From IMG/VR virus record IMGVR_UViG_3300031417_000416: a stretch of DNA of 64,000 bases. One strand, given 5' to 3'. The translations under genes and the position numbers were made by a program. Source of the stretch: a virus. Below, piece after piece: positions 37,650 to 47,852 of the stretch (position 1 is the first letter of the stretch; the number at the start of each line of letters is the position of its first letter). A model generated the notes under the pieces. That model was given only the letters and a program-made list of their open reading frames with translations. It did not search any database and was not told the origin of the DNA.

Positions 37650-37919
37650 ATGGCTGAAGAACTCGACGCCGCGGACCGTGTCCGCGGCGTTCATTTTGCG
37701 CACTGCTACCAGGGCGAGTACCGGCATGGCTGCAAGTACGACGAGCCCGACTGCCCGGCGGTCGTCAACGACGTCCCCGATCACCCCAACGATCGCCATC
37801 TCGACTTCGACGATCGGGCGATCGCGCTGGTACGGTATCTGGCACGTAGCGACGAACCGTCCGAGCTCGAGCAGGCCCGCGAATGGGCACGCCAGATGAT
37901 TATCGAAATGGGAGAATGA
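37650..37919 (+). CDS. hypothetical protein
   Basis: GGGAGG RBS; HC..C..C cluster. Confidence 0.55.
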   Translation: MAEELDAADRVRGVHFAHCYQGEYRHGCKYDEPDCPAVVNDVPDHPNDRHLDFDDRAIALVRYLARSDEPSELEQAREWARQMIIEMGE

Positions 37920-37920
37920 G

Positions 37921-38211
37921 ATGGGACCGTACGACAACGAGGGCGCCGGCGGAACCGGCTGCTACTGCCAGGATCCGGACTGGATGGAAGGCCAGTGGCT
38001 CGTCGACGAGGAGGGTGCGCTCTACATCGTGCCCCGTAACGGCGACGGTGTGGAGGGACCCGACGAGGACGTATCCGACACGGTACTCGGCATGCTCAGG
38101 GACAGCCATGCGGATCGGCTCGACGACGCCTCAATCGCCGTCATGGGCATGACCGAGGTCCCGGACGTCCTCAGGCGGTTCTCGCCCGAGATCGGCTACT
38201 ATTCGGCCTGA
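37921..38211 (+). CDS. hypothetical protein
   Basis: GGAGA RBS; acidic 96 aa. Confidence 0.55.
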   Translation: MGPYDNEGAGGTGCYCQDPDWMEGQWLVDEEGALYIVPRNGDGVEGPDEDVSDTVLGMLRDSHADRLDDASIAVMGMTEVPDVLRRFSPEIGYYSA

Positions 38212-38213
38212 AA

Positions 38214-38243
38214 CGAAAAGGGGGAGGCTTCCGCCTCCCCCTT
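38214..38243. terminator. bidirectional terminator
   Basis: AAGGGGGAGGC-TTCC-GCCTCCCCCTT with an A-tract (U-tract on minus) between convergent genes. Confidence 0.75.
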
Positions 38244-38270
38244 CCGCGATACGAACTGACGGCCGTGGGA

Positions 38271-39605
38271 TCAGTCCTTGCCGAGCGCCTGGGCTATTTT
38301 GCCGCTCATGATGTTGGCGTTCATGCGGCTGCCCATGTAGGACTTGCCAAGCGAGACGGGAGCGCCAGCGACAGCGCCTGCACCCTTGCCCGCCATGCTG
38401 GCCACCGAGGACACAGCACCACCGACCGCGTCGCCGACGCCGCCACCGCCACCCTTGAAGCCGGAGAACTCCTTGGCAAGCGCCGGAGCCATCTGGATCA
38501 TGGCCGAGAAGACGATGCCGCCGCCGATCAGGATGATGCCGTTGACGATGGTCGTCACCGCATCCTCCGAGGCTCCCTGCATGCCGGCGAGCGCGGTATT
38601 GAGCACGCCCGAGAAGACCGACGCACCGAGGTTGAACATGATCCCGGTGAAGGCGAAAAGACAGCCCACGTACAGGACGTTCTCGACGGCCGTGGTCACG
38701 TAGCTCCTCGTCGGCTTGAAGACCGCCAGCACGATGATGACAGGCGATAGGATGCCGATGATCGTCAGACGGATCAGGATGTCGATGAAGCGCAGCGGGA
38801 AGGTGATCGCCACCCAGCAGAACACCGCCATGAGGATGACGCCGCAGAAGATGTTGGTGATGGTACCGAAGAAGCCGTTGGTATGCGTCATCAGCGCCCA
38901 GCCGTAGGCCATGCCTGCGCCGCTGAGTCGATGACCGCCGCAGACGATGCCCTGCATGCCTTCCATGATGCCTGCCGAACCCGACGGCCCGGAGACGTTG
39001 GCGAGCGAACACTGGATGGCATTGCCGGCGATCGAGAGGGTGTTGACGTTGGTGAGGCCGAATTCCTTGTTGATCGCTATCGGCACGGCCATGACCGGTC
39101 CGTACACCCAGTTCCACATGTTGGCGAAGGCGCTGCCCACGAAGATGCTGCCGAGCGCCGCGCCCAGCAGGAACTTCCACACCGTGGTCCAGCGCGTGGC
39201 GATGTCCTGTGCATTGCCGACCGCGAGACCGCCGCCGAGGAACACCAGGCAGAACACCACTGATACCGTACCGATGATACGACGCATCGGGCCCGCGGCG
39301 TTGGCGGATACCTGCTCGCCCTTTGAGAACACGTTCTCCGCGAACTTGTCGAAGATCAGACAGGGCCAGCAGACGCGGTTGTAGACGGTAAGGAACTCGG
39401 TGACCGACTGGTCCATGTTCTTCGCGTTCGCGGGCGTCAGCACGTTGGAGAGGTCGAAACCGAACCACCCGCCACCGCCGCCGCCGCCGCCGTTGTCGGC
39501 GGGAGGCGCCTGCGCGTAGGCCGGCTGAACGACGACGACGTTCCCGACGCCGAACGCCAGGAACGCCAGGATCCCGAGGATCCAGGTCTTGATGCTACTG
39601 TTCAT
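38271..39605 (-). CDS. polytopic membrane protein, VirB6/TrbL-like T4SS component
   Basis: Signal peptide, several TM helices, Gly-rich C-terminal tail after MAPALAKEFSG; VirD4 in the same window. Confidence 0.55.
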   Translation of the reverse strand: MNSSIKTWILGILAFLAFGVGNVVVVQPAYAQAPPADNGGGGGGGGWFGFDLSNVLTPANAKNMDQSVTEFLTVYNRVCWPCLIFDKFAENVFSKGEQVSANAAGPMRRIIGTVSVVFCLVFLGGGLAVGNAQDIATRWTTVWKFLLGAALGSIFVGSAFANMWNWVYGPVMAVPIAINKEFGLTNVNTLSIAGNAIQCSLANVSGPSGSAGIMEGMQGIVCGGHRLSGAGMAYGWALMTHTNGFFGTITNIFCGVILMAVFCWVAITFPLRFIDILIRLTIIGILSPVIIVLAVFKPTRSYVTTAVENVLYVGCLFAFTGIMFNLGASVFSGVLNTALAGMQGASEDAVTTIVNGIILIGGGIVFSAMIQMAPALAKEFSGFKGGGGGVGDAVGGAVSSVASMAGKGAGAVAGAPVSLGKSYMGSRMNANIMSGKIAQALGKD

Positions 39606-39882
39606 GGCTGCGGGTCCTGTCGATGCCGTCCGGTTCCTTCTCGTCCGGTACGGGTACTGGTTGAACGGCGGGGATATCCTCCCCTGTGAACTTGGCCCGG
39701 ACCTCGTCGATGAGGACCGTAGGGGGAACGAAAAGGTCGCGGTCGATGAGCTTCCAGACGACGTAGGCGAGAGCCACGCCCCCGATCATCACGACCCCCA
39801 TGAACACCCACTTGTTGATCACCGTCGCGAGGACGGCGACGACGAGGCCGAGGACCACGATGCTGGGGAAGCGGTTGTTCAC
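39595..39882 (-). CDS. small two-TM membrane protein
   Basis: Two hydrophobic helices; overlaps neighbours in an operon. Confidence 0.6.
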   Translation of the reverse strand: MNNRFPSIVVLGLVVAVLATVINKWVFMGVVMIGGVALAYVVWKLIDRDLFVPPTVLIDEVRAKFTGEDIPAVQPVPVPDEKEPDGIDRTRSHEQ

Positions 39883-40394
39883 GCGGCCTCCTCGAGCGAT
39901 TCGCGCTGCGCCTGCAGATCGTCCATGTCGTGGTCGCTCTCGGAGATGATGCGGTCGACGGGCGAGCGGAAGAACGCCTGGTTGACGCTGACCCAGAGGC
40001 CGAGCGCCAGCGAGTCGTAGACCTGCGAGCCGTCGTGACGAAGCAGATGGACAAAGTTGTCGAACTGGTAGCCGTAGGCGTTCGAGATCATGACGATGCC
40101 GATGAGGAACTCGATGTTGATCTCGTCCTCGGCCATCTCCTCGCCGTATGGATTGTGCGCGATGATCTCGTCGAAGACGATCTGGCGATAGTCGTCGACC
40201 CGGGCCTGCTCGATGCCGATGGCGCCGAACTCGTCCTTGAACACGGCGAAGAGATCGCCGTCCTTCTTGGGCATGCGGACGTATTCCTCCTGCGTCATGC
40301 GACGCCGGTTGAACTTCGGCATTCCATTGCTCTCGAAGACGGAGAGACCCCGCTCCCTCGCCTCGTCGTAGAGCGGAAATTCGCTCGAAACCAT
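39879..40394 (-). CDS. hypothetical protein
   Basis: CAGGAGA RBS before MVSSEF; acidic, GC3-rich. Confidence 0.65.
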   Translation of the reverse strand: MVSSEFPLYDEARERGLSVFESNGMPKFNRRRMTQEEYVRMPKKDGDLFAVFKDEFGAIGIEQARVDDYRQIVFDEIIAHNPYGEEMAEDEINIEFLIGIVMISNAYGYQFDNFVHLLRHDGSQVYDSLALGLWVSVNQAFFRSPVDRIISESDHDMDDLQAQRESLEEAA

Positions 40395-40429
40395 CGGAGT
40401 CTCCTGATGACGCACCTATCCTGACGACC

Positions 40430-40457
40430 GTTATAGGATGGTACGCGATTTTGGCAA
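40430..40457 (-). promoter_or_regulatory. recurrent promoter motif for the virB6-like operon
   Basis: Minus strand TTGCC-N15-CCTATAAC (CATCCTATAAC). Confidence 0.6.
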
Positions 40458-40501
40458 ACCGGTAATCGTTCCGGCCATCCTATCCGAAAAATACTCCGGG
40501 T

Positions 40502-40530
40502 TTGCTCCCGGAGGCCAATAATCCTACAAC
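40502..40530 (+). promoter_or_regulatory. recurrent promoter motif for recD2 (divergent pair)
   Basis: TTGCT-N16-CCTACAAC. Confidence 0.5.
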
Positions 40531-40536
40531 CAAGGG

Positions 40537-43116
40537 ATGACGATGAACGAGGAAGAGCTGAAGGGGAGCGTCCAGAGCGTCATCTTCGGACCGGCGCCGG
40601 ACAACGGCTTCACGGTAATGTCCATCCATGACGCGACCGCGCGACGCATGGTCATCGTCGGCTACGCGGCCCTGCACGGCATCCAGGTCGGCGACGACGT
40701 CGAGTTGCTGGGCAAGTGGAAGACCGGCCCCAAGGGCGAGCAGTTCTCGGTGAGCCGTGCGGTCAAGCGCATGCCGCAGACGCTGCGCGGCATCGAGAAG
40801 TGGCTCGCCAAGGCCAAGCTGCCAGGGGTCGGACCGACGATATCGGCGAAGCTCGTCAAGCAGTTCGGTCTCGAGACGATCGACCGGATGATCGAGGGCG
40901 ACGAGGGCGTGATCGCGATCGTCGGCAAGAAGAAGGCGCCGAAGATCATCGCGGCGATAACCGCCAAGTCGGCGGAGGCGGCGGTCGGCACCATGCTGGC
41001 CGCGCACGACATCGGTCCGGCCATCCAGAAGAAGATATTCGAGCGCTACAAGGGCGACGCGCAGTCGGTCCTGCAGACCGACCCCTACCGTCTGATCCTC
41101 GATCTCGACGGCGTGGCGTTCACGACCGCCGACAAGATCGCGCAGTCGACCGGTCTGTCGAAGGAGGCTCCGTCCCGTATCCGTGCCGGCATCATCGAGA
41201 CGCTGCGCGAGGCGTCCCTCAACGGGGACTGCGCCCTCTACCACGGTCAGCTGCTGGAGAAGTGCAGGCAGAAGCTCTACGTCTCCGAGGGCCTGATCGA
41301 GGACCAGCTCGAGGAGCTGTCGCCGCGCCGGATCGTGCCTACCCGGATCCGCGGCCAGAAGGCCTGGGCGCTCGTGAAGCTGCACAAGCTCGAGCGGGAG
41401 TATGCACGTCGCCTGATGCGCAAGCTGCGCGATCGCGGCGTTCCGGACTTCGGCATCGAGGCGGTCGAGCAGGCAGTCGACCAGGCATGCTCCAACCTGA
41501 AGATCTCGCTGAACGCCGAACAGCGCGACGGCGCCATCATGGCCCTCAGGGAGCGGTTCTCGATCCTGACGGGCGGTCCCGGCACCGGGAAGACCAGCAC
41601 GCTCAAGGTGATCTGCGAGGCATGGCGCCTGCTGGCACCGCGCATCCTGATGAAGGTGTCGGAAAACAGGCAGTTCGCGCTCGCGGCTCCGACCGGCAAG
41701 GCGTCCAAGCGCATCACCGAGTCGACGGGCTTCGAGGCCAAGACGATCCACCGGCTGCTCGAGTTCAAGCCCGAGAAGGGGGGCTTCGACCGTGGCGAGG
41801 CGAACCCGCTCGACTTCGGCATGATCTGCATCGACGAGGGGTCGATGCCCGACATCAAGATCATGACGGACCTCGCGCGCGCATGGGGGCAGGCGCGGGT
41901 GCTCATCGTCGGCGACACCGATCAGCTGCCGTCGGTCGGCCCAGGCAAGGTGCTGGCAGACATGCTCGCCAGCGGACATGTGCCGCACGTCCGGCTTGTC
42001 CAGATCTGGCGGCAGGCGGCAGGTTCGGCCGTCGCGGTCGGCGCTGACGCCATCCGCAACGGGCACATGCCGGTGATGGGAATGCCGGGGCGGTCCGATC
42101 TCGTGCACATCGACCTCAGCGATCCCGAGGCCGTGGCCGACCGGATCGTCGACATGTACGTCGACAAGCTGCCGAAATATCTGGCCTCGCTCGAGCTCGA
42201 TCCGGCGAGCATCCAGGTGCTGTGCCCCGCCCGCGTCAACGCGGTCGGGACGATCTCGATCAATCGGCGTATCCAGAACGGCCTTCGTCGCCAGCGCTAC
42301 GAGGGCGGGTGGGCACGCATCTCGGACGACATGGAGATCGTGGTCGGAGACCGGGTCGTGCAGACGCTGTCCGTCCACGCCGGCGTGCAGGCCAACGTCG
42401 CAGGCGAGGTCGTGCGGATCGACCGGAACGACGACGACCGTCTGCAGGTCCACGTCGAGTTCGGGTCGCGGCCGTACGCCTATGCCGGCCGAGACCTCGA
42501 CGCCCTGGCCGTGCACTCGCGCAGGGACGGCTCGGTGCTGCTCGCAGACCGGGTAAAGAGGGCCGATGGAAAGGCAATACAGACCGAGGGCGGTCCCGGG
42601 GACAAGGTGATCCAGCTCGAGAACGACTACGAGCGCAACATCTTCAACGGCGATACCGGCTCGATCGTCGAGATCGACCGGGACATCGCAGGGCATGCGG
42701 TACGCACCCATGTCGACTTCGGCGGCACCATCCAGACGTTCGAAGGGCGGAGCCTGACGAATCTAGCGCTTGCATATGCGCTCACCATCCATAAAAGCCA
42801 GGGTTCCGAATACCAGGCGGTGGTGATTCCGGTGACCACCTCCCACTACGCCATGCTGAAGCGCACGCTGATCTACACGGGAGTGACCCGCGCCAAGCGG
42901 CTCTGCATCCTGCTGGGGACCAAGAAGGCGATGCAGCGGGCGCTCGACGAGGAGGATGCGGCGGCAAGGGTGACCACTCTGGCCGACGCCATCCGGGAAG
43001 AGGCGGACGACGGGGCGGCCGACCAGGAGACGGGTCCGAACGAACGGATCACCACCCTGGAGACCGCCATCCAGGACGCATCGTACGACGAGTCCATGGA
43101 AGATGTGGAATTTTGA
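40537..43116 (+). CDS. recD2: RecD2-like SF1B helicase with duplicated SH3 (2B) domain
   Basis: N-terminal OB/HhH region, LTGGPGTGKT, TIHRLL, IDEGSM, VGDTDQLPSVGPG, AYALTIHKSQGSE, IYTGVTRAK. Confidence 0.92.
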   Translation: MTMNEEELKGSVQSVIFGPAPDNGFTVMSIHDATARRMVIVGYAALHGIQVGDDVELLGKWKTGPKGEQFSVSRAVKRMPQTLRGIEKWLAKAKLPGVGPTISAKLVKQFGLETIDRMIEGDEGVIAIVGKKKAPKIIAAITAKSAEAAVGTMLAAHDIGPAIQKKIFERYKGDAQSVLQTDPYRLILDLDGVAFTTADKIAQSTGLSKEAPSRIRAGIIETLREASLNGDCALYHGQLLEKCRQKLYVSEGLIEDQLEELSPRRIVPTRIRGQKAWALVKLHKLEREYARRLMRKLRDRGVPDFGIEAVEQAVDQACSNLKISLNAEQRDGAIMALRERFSILTGGPGTGKTSTLKVICEAWRLLAPRILMKVSENRQFALAAPTGKASKRITESTGFEAKTIHRLLEFKPEKGGFDRGEANPLDFGMICIDEGSMPDIKIMTDLARAWGQARVLIVGDTDQLPSVGPGKVLADMLASGHVPHVRLVQIWRQAAGSAVAVGADAIRNGHMPVMGMPGRSDLVHIDLSDPEAVADRIVDMYVDKLPKYLASLELDPASIQVLCPARVNAVGTISINRRIQNGLRRQRYEGGWARISDDMEIVVGDRVVQTLSVHAGVQANVAGEVVRIDRNDDDRLQVHVEFGSRPYAYAGRDLDALAVHSRRDGSVLLADRVKRADGKAIQTEGGPGDKVIQLENDYERNIFNGDTGSIVEIDRDIAGHAVRTHVDFGGTIQTFEGRSLTNLALAYALTIHKSQGSEYQAVVIPVTTSHYAMLKRTLIYTGVTRAKRLCILLGTKKAMQRALDEEDAAARVTTLADAIREEADDGAADQETGPNERITTLETAIQDASYDESMEDVEF

Positions 43117-43954
43117 GGACGTGGAATTGAAGGATCGCAGCAGGATCACGGCAGTGCTGGTAGCGGCTCTAGTGGCGGCATCGCCGTCGCTCGCCCAGGC
43201 GCAGGTCTTCGCCTCCGGCAAGGGGCGCCGGCCTGCCGCCCCGGCGATGTCCAGCTGGAACGCCGCGGCGGTCAGCAGCATCGTCCAGGAGACGCGAGCC
43301 GCCGTGAAGGCCGCGCGCTCGGCAGGCGGCAAGGTGGGCTCCATCCCGTCCGAAAGCGTCTCCGTCTACGACCAGAAGGTCATCGCGGCCTCGGCTCCAT
43401 CAACCGCGGTCACCCGCAGCTACGGGGTCGACATGTCGCCCGACCGCTGCGAGTTCTACATCCGCCAGGCCGAGCGACAGTACGGCATCCCGCCGTATCT
43501 GCTCCATGCCATATCGCTGACGGAGAGCGGACGCGGAGGTCGTCCGAACCCCTATGCGATGAACATAGGCGGTCGGGCCTATTCCGCCCCGGACGTGAGC
43601 GACATGGTAAGGGTCGCCAATGCGAACTGGGGCGTGCAGAACGTCGACGTCGGGTGCATGCAGATCAGTCTCAAGCATCACGGCAGCCGCTTCTACGACT
43701 GGAAGACGCTGCTCAACCCGCAGTACAACGTCGAGTACGCCGCCTACTACCTTACCCAGCTGAAGAAGGAGCTGGGCACGTGGACTAGGGCGGTCGGCGC
43801 GTACCACAGCCGCACGCAGTGGCGCGGAGCCAACTACGTATGTCTGGTCACGCGCCGATGGGGCCAGATCTTCGGATCGGAACGCTCCGGGTGCGGTCCC
43901 AATCTCGAGATGATGGCTCAGCTCGTCTACCGAAACGCCTCCTGGACGAAGTGA
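43103..43954 (+). CDS. soluble lytic transglycosylase (SLT; VirB1-like role possible)
   Basis: Signal-like N-terminus; YGIP..LLHAISLTESG, VDVGCMQI, NVEYAAYYL, AVGAYHS. Confidence 0.85.
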   Translation: MWNFEDVELKDRSRITAVLVAALVAASPSLAQAQVFASGKGRRPAAPAMSSWNAAAVSSIVQETRAAVKAARSAGGKVGSIPSESVSVYDQKVIAASAPSTAVTRSYGVDMSPDRCEFYIRQAERQYGIPPYLLHAISLTESGRGGRPNPYAMNIGGRAYSAPDVSDMVRVANANWGVQNVDVGCMQISLKHHGSRFYDWKTLLNPQYNVEYAAYYLTQLKKELGTWTRAVGAYHSRTQWRGANYVCLVTRRWGQIFGSERSGCGPNLEMMAQLVYRNASWTK

Positions 43955-44087
43955 ATCTGGAAAAGGTAGGCGAAGGCATGACGGAGATGCTATCTCCGTC
44001 ATGGAGCGCATGCGCGCGCTCGGCGACGAAGACCGATTTTTCAGGGGAAGTTCGGATCGAAGAAGGATTCGAAAGGAAAAACAGGCC

Positions 44088-44840
44088 ATGACGTACATAG
44101 TGCCGGCAACGGCCGGAGCGACCGGCTACGCCGCAGCAGTGGCGACGGGACACCCGACGGCGGGGATCTTCGTCGGGCTTGCATGCGCCGGCGTGGGATT
44201 CATCGGCCGGTTCGGCGGCCACGGCTTCCACATCAATCGCGGCCAGATGCGCAAGGTCACCCACCTGATGCATCGCTCGATCGCGGCGAACTGGGGCATT
44301 CGCCCTCTCGCCCAGAGGTTCACCGACGCGGAGCAGCAGAAGCTGGTCGGATCGGTGTTCGACTCGGTCGCGGGCGAGGCCATTCAGGATCTCGTGGAGC
44401 AGTGGCCGATCATCTGGGCACACGTCCAGCGGGTGCACTTCAGCGGCATCCCGCCGCTGGCGTCCCTCAAGGCGATGCGGCGTGCCTACCGTCCTGGCCT
44501 GTTCGGCAAGGACAAGGGCAAGGCGCGGGAGCTGGCCCGGCCTGTGATCGACGCCTACGCGACGCTGCATCCAAACCCCGAGGACGACCGCGAGTGGTTC
44601 ATGCGCTGGTCGACGGCGGTAGGCCTTCCGCAGGAGATCGCACACCAGATGTGGGCCGACACCATGAACGCCCGCAGCTCGGCTCCGGCACCTCGGGCGG
44701 CTCCTGCTCAGGACGAGCAGGAAGTGGACGTCGTCGCTCGGCCTGCGCCGCAGCGCGCTCCGCCGGCCAGGACCCGCCCGCCCGCGACCCACCTCTCGGA
44801 CGCCGAAATCGAGCGCAGGCTCGCCGCCTCGCGGGCATAG
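44088..44840 (+). CDS. membrane-anchored hypothetical protein
   Basis: AAAGGAAAA RBS; N-terminal hydrophobic segment. Confidence 0.65.
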   Translation: MTYIVPATAGATGYAAAVATGHPTAGIFVGLACAGVGFIGRFGGHGFHINRGQMRKVTHLMHRSIAANWGIRPLAQRFTDAEQQKLVGSVFDSVAGEAIQDLVEQWPIIWAHVQRVHFSGIPPLASLKAMRRAYRPGLFGKDKGKARELARPVIDAYATLHPNPEDDREWFMRWSTAVGLPQEIAHQMWADTMNARSSAPAPRAAPAQDEQEVDVVARPAPQRAPPARTRPPATHLSDAEIERRLAASRA

Positions 44841-44908
44841 TCCAGAAAAGTCTACCGTTGCAGGATGGAACGTCCTAGAATGTACGAAACCATTCTGCAG
44901 CGGAGACC

Positions 44909-46204
44909 GTGATGGCGGACGACAACGACAGCAAGCCTAACCAGACCCCAGAAGCCGAGCGGCAGGCGGCGCCTTCCGCTGCCGCCGAGCCTTCGGTGGC
45001 CGCAGGAGCCGCACAGCCGGCCGGCAGTGCCAAGAGCGCGGCCGGAAAGTTCACCGAGACCGTCGGCAAGGCTGCGGACTTCGGCGCTCGCGCAGGCGGC
45101 GCCGAGAAGGACATGGGTCTGGGAGCGGGTGCCGGCCAGGACAGCGGCAAGGGCGGCGCCAAGGACAGCGCCAAGGACAGCGCCAAGGACAGCGCCAAGG
45201 AAAGCGCCAAGGACAGCGCCAAGGACGCGGCCGCCAAGGACGCGGGCGACACCGGCAAGGACGGCGACAGCAGCAAGGCGTTCCAGCTCCTCGACAAGGC
45301 TCTCAAGGGCACCGACTGGGGATGGAAGAACAAGACCGGCGACGATCGGGAACTGGGTCGCCTGACCTACGTGAACGCGCAGAACGCATGGGTCGAGGCC
45401 GCGGTCGAGGATCCCAAGCGCGCGACTGCCATCTGGTTCAAGAACAACCGTCGCAATCCAAGCTCCGAGATGGAGCAGAACCTGGCCGATCGCATGAAGA
45501 CCGTCGGCGAGACCGGCAAGAAGGCCGACGGCCCCGGAGACAATCTGGAGAAGGTCACGGCCGACATCGGCGAGCTCTCGAAGCGTCGCGGTCTCAGCGA
45601 GAACAAGACCCGCAAGACCGCCCTCAACTCGTCGCTCGGCGAATGGCACATCATGCGCGGCGATTCGCAGCAGCGGGCCGAGCAGGCGAAGCGCTCGCGC
45701 AGCAACGAGCTGTGGAGCCCGGAACCCGACAAGAACCAGGACGGCATGCATCTGCTCAAGTCGTTCTTCAAGGGCTACGCGACGCACCGAGAGGCCGTGC
45801 AGAAGAAGGTCGCCAACCACAAGGCCAAGATGGCCGGCAAGGTCATCGGCGAGATCCGCACGGAGCTCGGCAAGGTCAGCACGGAAATCAAGAAGTTCGA
45901 GACCGAGCTCGACGTGCCGATGGACGAGCGCGATACCAGCGGCGTGGTCGGCCGTTCGCGCAAGGCAGTGGCCAACAACAAGGCGTTCCGCCTCGGCAAG
46001 GGCACTGCGACGATCGTCGCGAAGGTCAGCAAGAGGGTCGCCGAGAAGGGGGCCGAGGTCGCAAAGGGCATCGCCATCCAGGGCGCCGCCCTCACGGCAA
46101 ATCCGGGAGCCATCGACGGCAACAACGGCAGCGCGTCCTACCAGTCGCGCATGGCCGCGTTCCACCAGTTCCAGCGCGGGCGCGCGGGGGCCGGTCCTTC
46201 CTGA
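44909..46204 (+). CDS. hypothetical protein with AKDS repeats
   Basis: GGAGA RBS; GC3-rich; terminator downstream. Confidence 0.7.
   Translation: MMADDNDSKPNQTPEAERQAAPSAAAEPSVAAGAAQPAGSAKSAAGKFTETVGKAADFGARAGGAEKDMGLGAGAGQDSGKGGAKDSAKDSAKDSAKESAKDSAKDAAAKDAGDTGKDGDSSKAFQLLDKALKGTDWGWKNKTGDDRELGRLTYVNAQNAWVEAAVEDPKRATAIWFKNNRRNPSSEMEQNLADRMKTVGETGKKADGPGDNLEKVTADIGELSKRRGLSENKTRKTALNSSLGEWHIMRGDSQQRAEQAKRSRSNELWSPEPDKNQDGMHLLKSFFKGYATHREAVQKKVANHKAKMAGKVIGEIRTELGKVSTEIKKFETELDVPMDERDTSGVVGRSRKAVANNKAFRLGKGTATIVAKVSKRVAEKGAEVAKGIAIQGAALTANPGAIDGNNGSASYQSRMAAFHQFQRGRAGAGPS
45158..45226 (+). repeat. 12-bp coding tandem repeat GCCAAGGACAGC (5 copies plus a partial)
   Basis: Direct reading; one copy is GCCAAGGAAAGC. 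Confidence 0.9.
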
Positions 46205-46231
46205 CGAAGCGCCGTCAGGACCAGATACATC

Positions 46232-46260
46232 AGGGGCGGTCCTTCGGGGCCGCCCCTTTC
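46232..46260 (+). terminator. intrinsic terminator
   Basis: AGGGGCGGTCC-TTCG-GGGCCGCCCCT followed by TTCCGTTT. Confidence 0.7.
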
Positions 46261-46283
46261 CGTTTCAGCATGAGGAGATATCC

Positions 46284-47852
46284 ATGCAGACCATCTCGCA
46301 CATGAGAGCGCCGGACTATGCCGGCGACATCCACTACCCGGCTGCAGGCCTCGGATACGAACTGCGCGACGACGAGATCGTGGTGGACAGCTTCGCCGGC
46401 GGCGGCGGCGTGTCGACCGGTTTCGAGATGGCGCTCGGGCTCTCTCCCCAGATCGCCATCAACCACAATCCGGTCGCGCTCGGTGTCCACGAGGCGAACC
46501 ACCCCGAGACGATCCACTACGTCAACGACGTGTTCGCGGTCGAGCCGCACGACGCGGTTCCTCCCGGGAAGAAGGTCGGCGTGTTCTGGTCCTCGCCCGA
46601 CTGCCGCAGCTTCTCTCGGGCGCGCGGCAAGGCCCCGGTCTCGGCACCGGTGCGCGATCTCGCCTGGGTCGTCATCAAGTGGGCACGTGCCGTGCGTCCT
46701 CGGGTCATCTGCCTCGAGAACGTGCCCGAGTTCCTCGGCTGGGGACCGGTGAGCGCCAACGGCGTTCCGGACAAGAAGCGTGCGGGCGAGACCTTCCACG
46801 AATGGCGGACGCAGCTCGAGGCTCTTGGCTACGTGGTCGACCACAAGATCTTCGTCGCGGCCGACTACGGAGCGGCCACCACGCGCCGGCGGCTGTTCCT
46901 CGTCGCACGCTGCGACGGCCTGCCGATCCGCTGGCCGCAGCCGACGCACACCAAGGAACGCTCCGGCCTGTTCGAGACGCGTCTGCGTCCATGGCTGACC
47001 GGCCGCGACGTACTCGACTTCCACGAACCGGTGCACAGCATCTTCCTGACCAAGGAGGAGGGAAAGCTGGTCGGAGTGAAGCGTCCCCTCGTCGAGAAGA
47101 CGATGCGTCGCATCGCGCGCGGCATGTACATGAAGGTCATCGAGACCAACGAGCCAGCCATCGTCTCCTACTACGGAGAGAAGCGACCCGACGAGGGGTT
47201 CCGAGGACGCGGCATGGACGAGACCCTGCCGACGCAGACCACCGCCAACCGCTTCGGCCTGGTGGTGCCGCTCACGCATGCGGGCGACGACCGGGTATAT
47301 GGCGCAGGAGACACGCTGCGCACGATAACATCGGCAAATCGCGGCGAGTTCGGATTCGTGGCTCCCACCCTCATCCAGGTAGGATACGGCGAGCGCGAGG
47401 GGCAACAGCCGCGCGTTCCGGGGATCTCCAAGCCGCTCGGCACGATGGTCGCGGGTGGCAACAAGCATGCGCTCGTCACCGCACACGTCGGCGAGGCGGA
47501 TGCACCGTCGCCAATCCTCGTCGACCGCAGCGAGGAGGTCGCGAGGTTCCTGTGGGAATACCGGCACTATGCGACACGCGAAGTCGAGCTCAACAGCGCA
47601 GGCCGGATCGTATACGACGGTCGCGAGATGCGTATCTCCGATATCGGCATGCGCATGATCACGCCCCGCGAGATGGCGAACAGCCACGGCTTCCCGCGCG
47701 ACTACAACATCAACCGGACCGCGGCCGGCAAGGCGCTGACGCTGACCCAGCAGACCGCGCTGCTCGGAAACTCGGTGCCGCCGCCGATGGCCGCTGCCAT
47801 CATCGCCGCCAACGTGCGGCCGCCCCGGACGACCATGCGTCTGGCGGCCTGA
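46284..47852 (+). CDS. DNA (cytosine-5) methyltransferase, phage/plasmid orphan type
   Basis: DSFAGGGG (motif I), SPDC (IV), ENVPEF (VI), TRRRLFL (VIII), LLGNSVPP (X). Confidence 0.92.
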   Translation: MQTISHMRAPDYAGDIHYPAAGLGYELRDDEIVVDSFAGGGGVSTGFEMALGLSPQIAINHNPVALGVHEANHPETIHYVNDVFAVEPHDAVPPGKKVGVFWSSPDCRSFSRARGKAPVSAPVRDLAWVVIKWARAVRPRVICLENVPEFLGWGPVSANGVPDKKRAGETFHEWRTQLEALGYVVDHKIFVAADYGAATTRRRLFLVARCDGLPIRWPQPTHTKERSGLFETRLRPWLTGRDVLDFHEPVHSIFLTKEEGKLVGVKRPLVEKTMRRIARGMYMKVIETNEPAIVSYYGEKRPDEGFRGRGMDETLPTQTTANRFGLVVPLTHAGDDRVYGAGDTLRTITSANRGEFGFVAPTLIQVGYGEREGQQPRVPGISKPLGTMVAGGNKHALVTAHVGEADAPSPILVDRSEEVARFLWEYRHYATREVELNSAGRIVYDGREMRISDIGMRMITPREMANSHGFPRDYNINRTAAGKALTLTQQTALLGNSVPPPMAAAIIAANVRPPRTTMRLAA

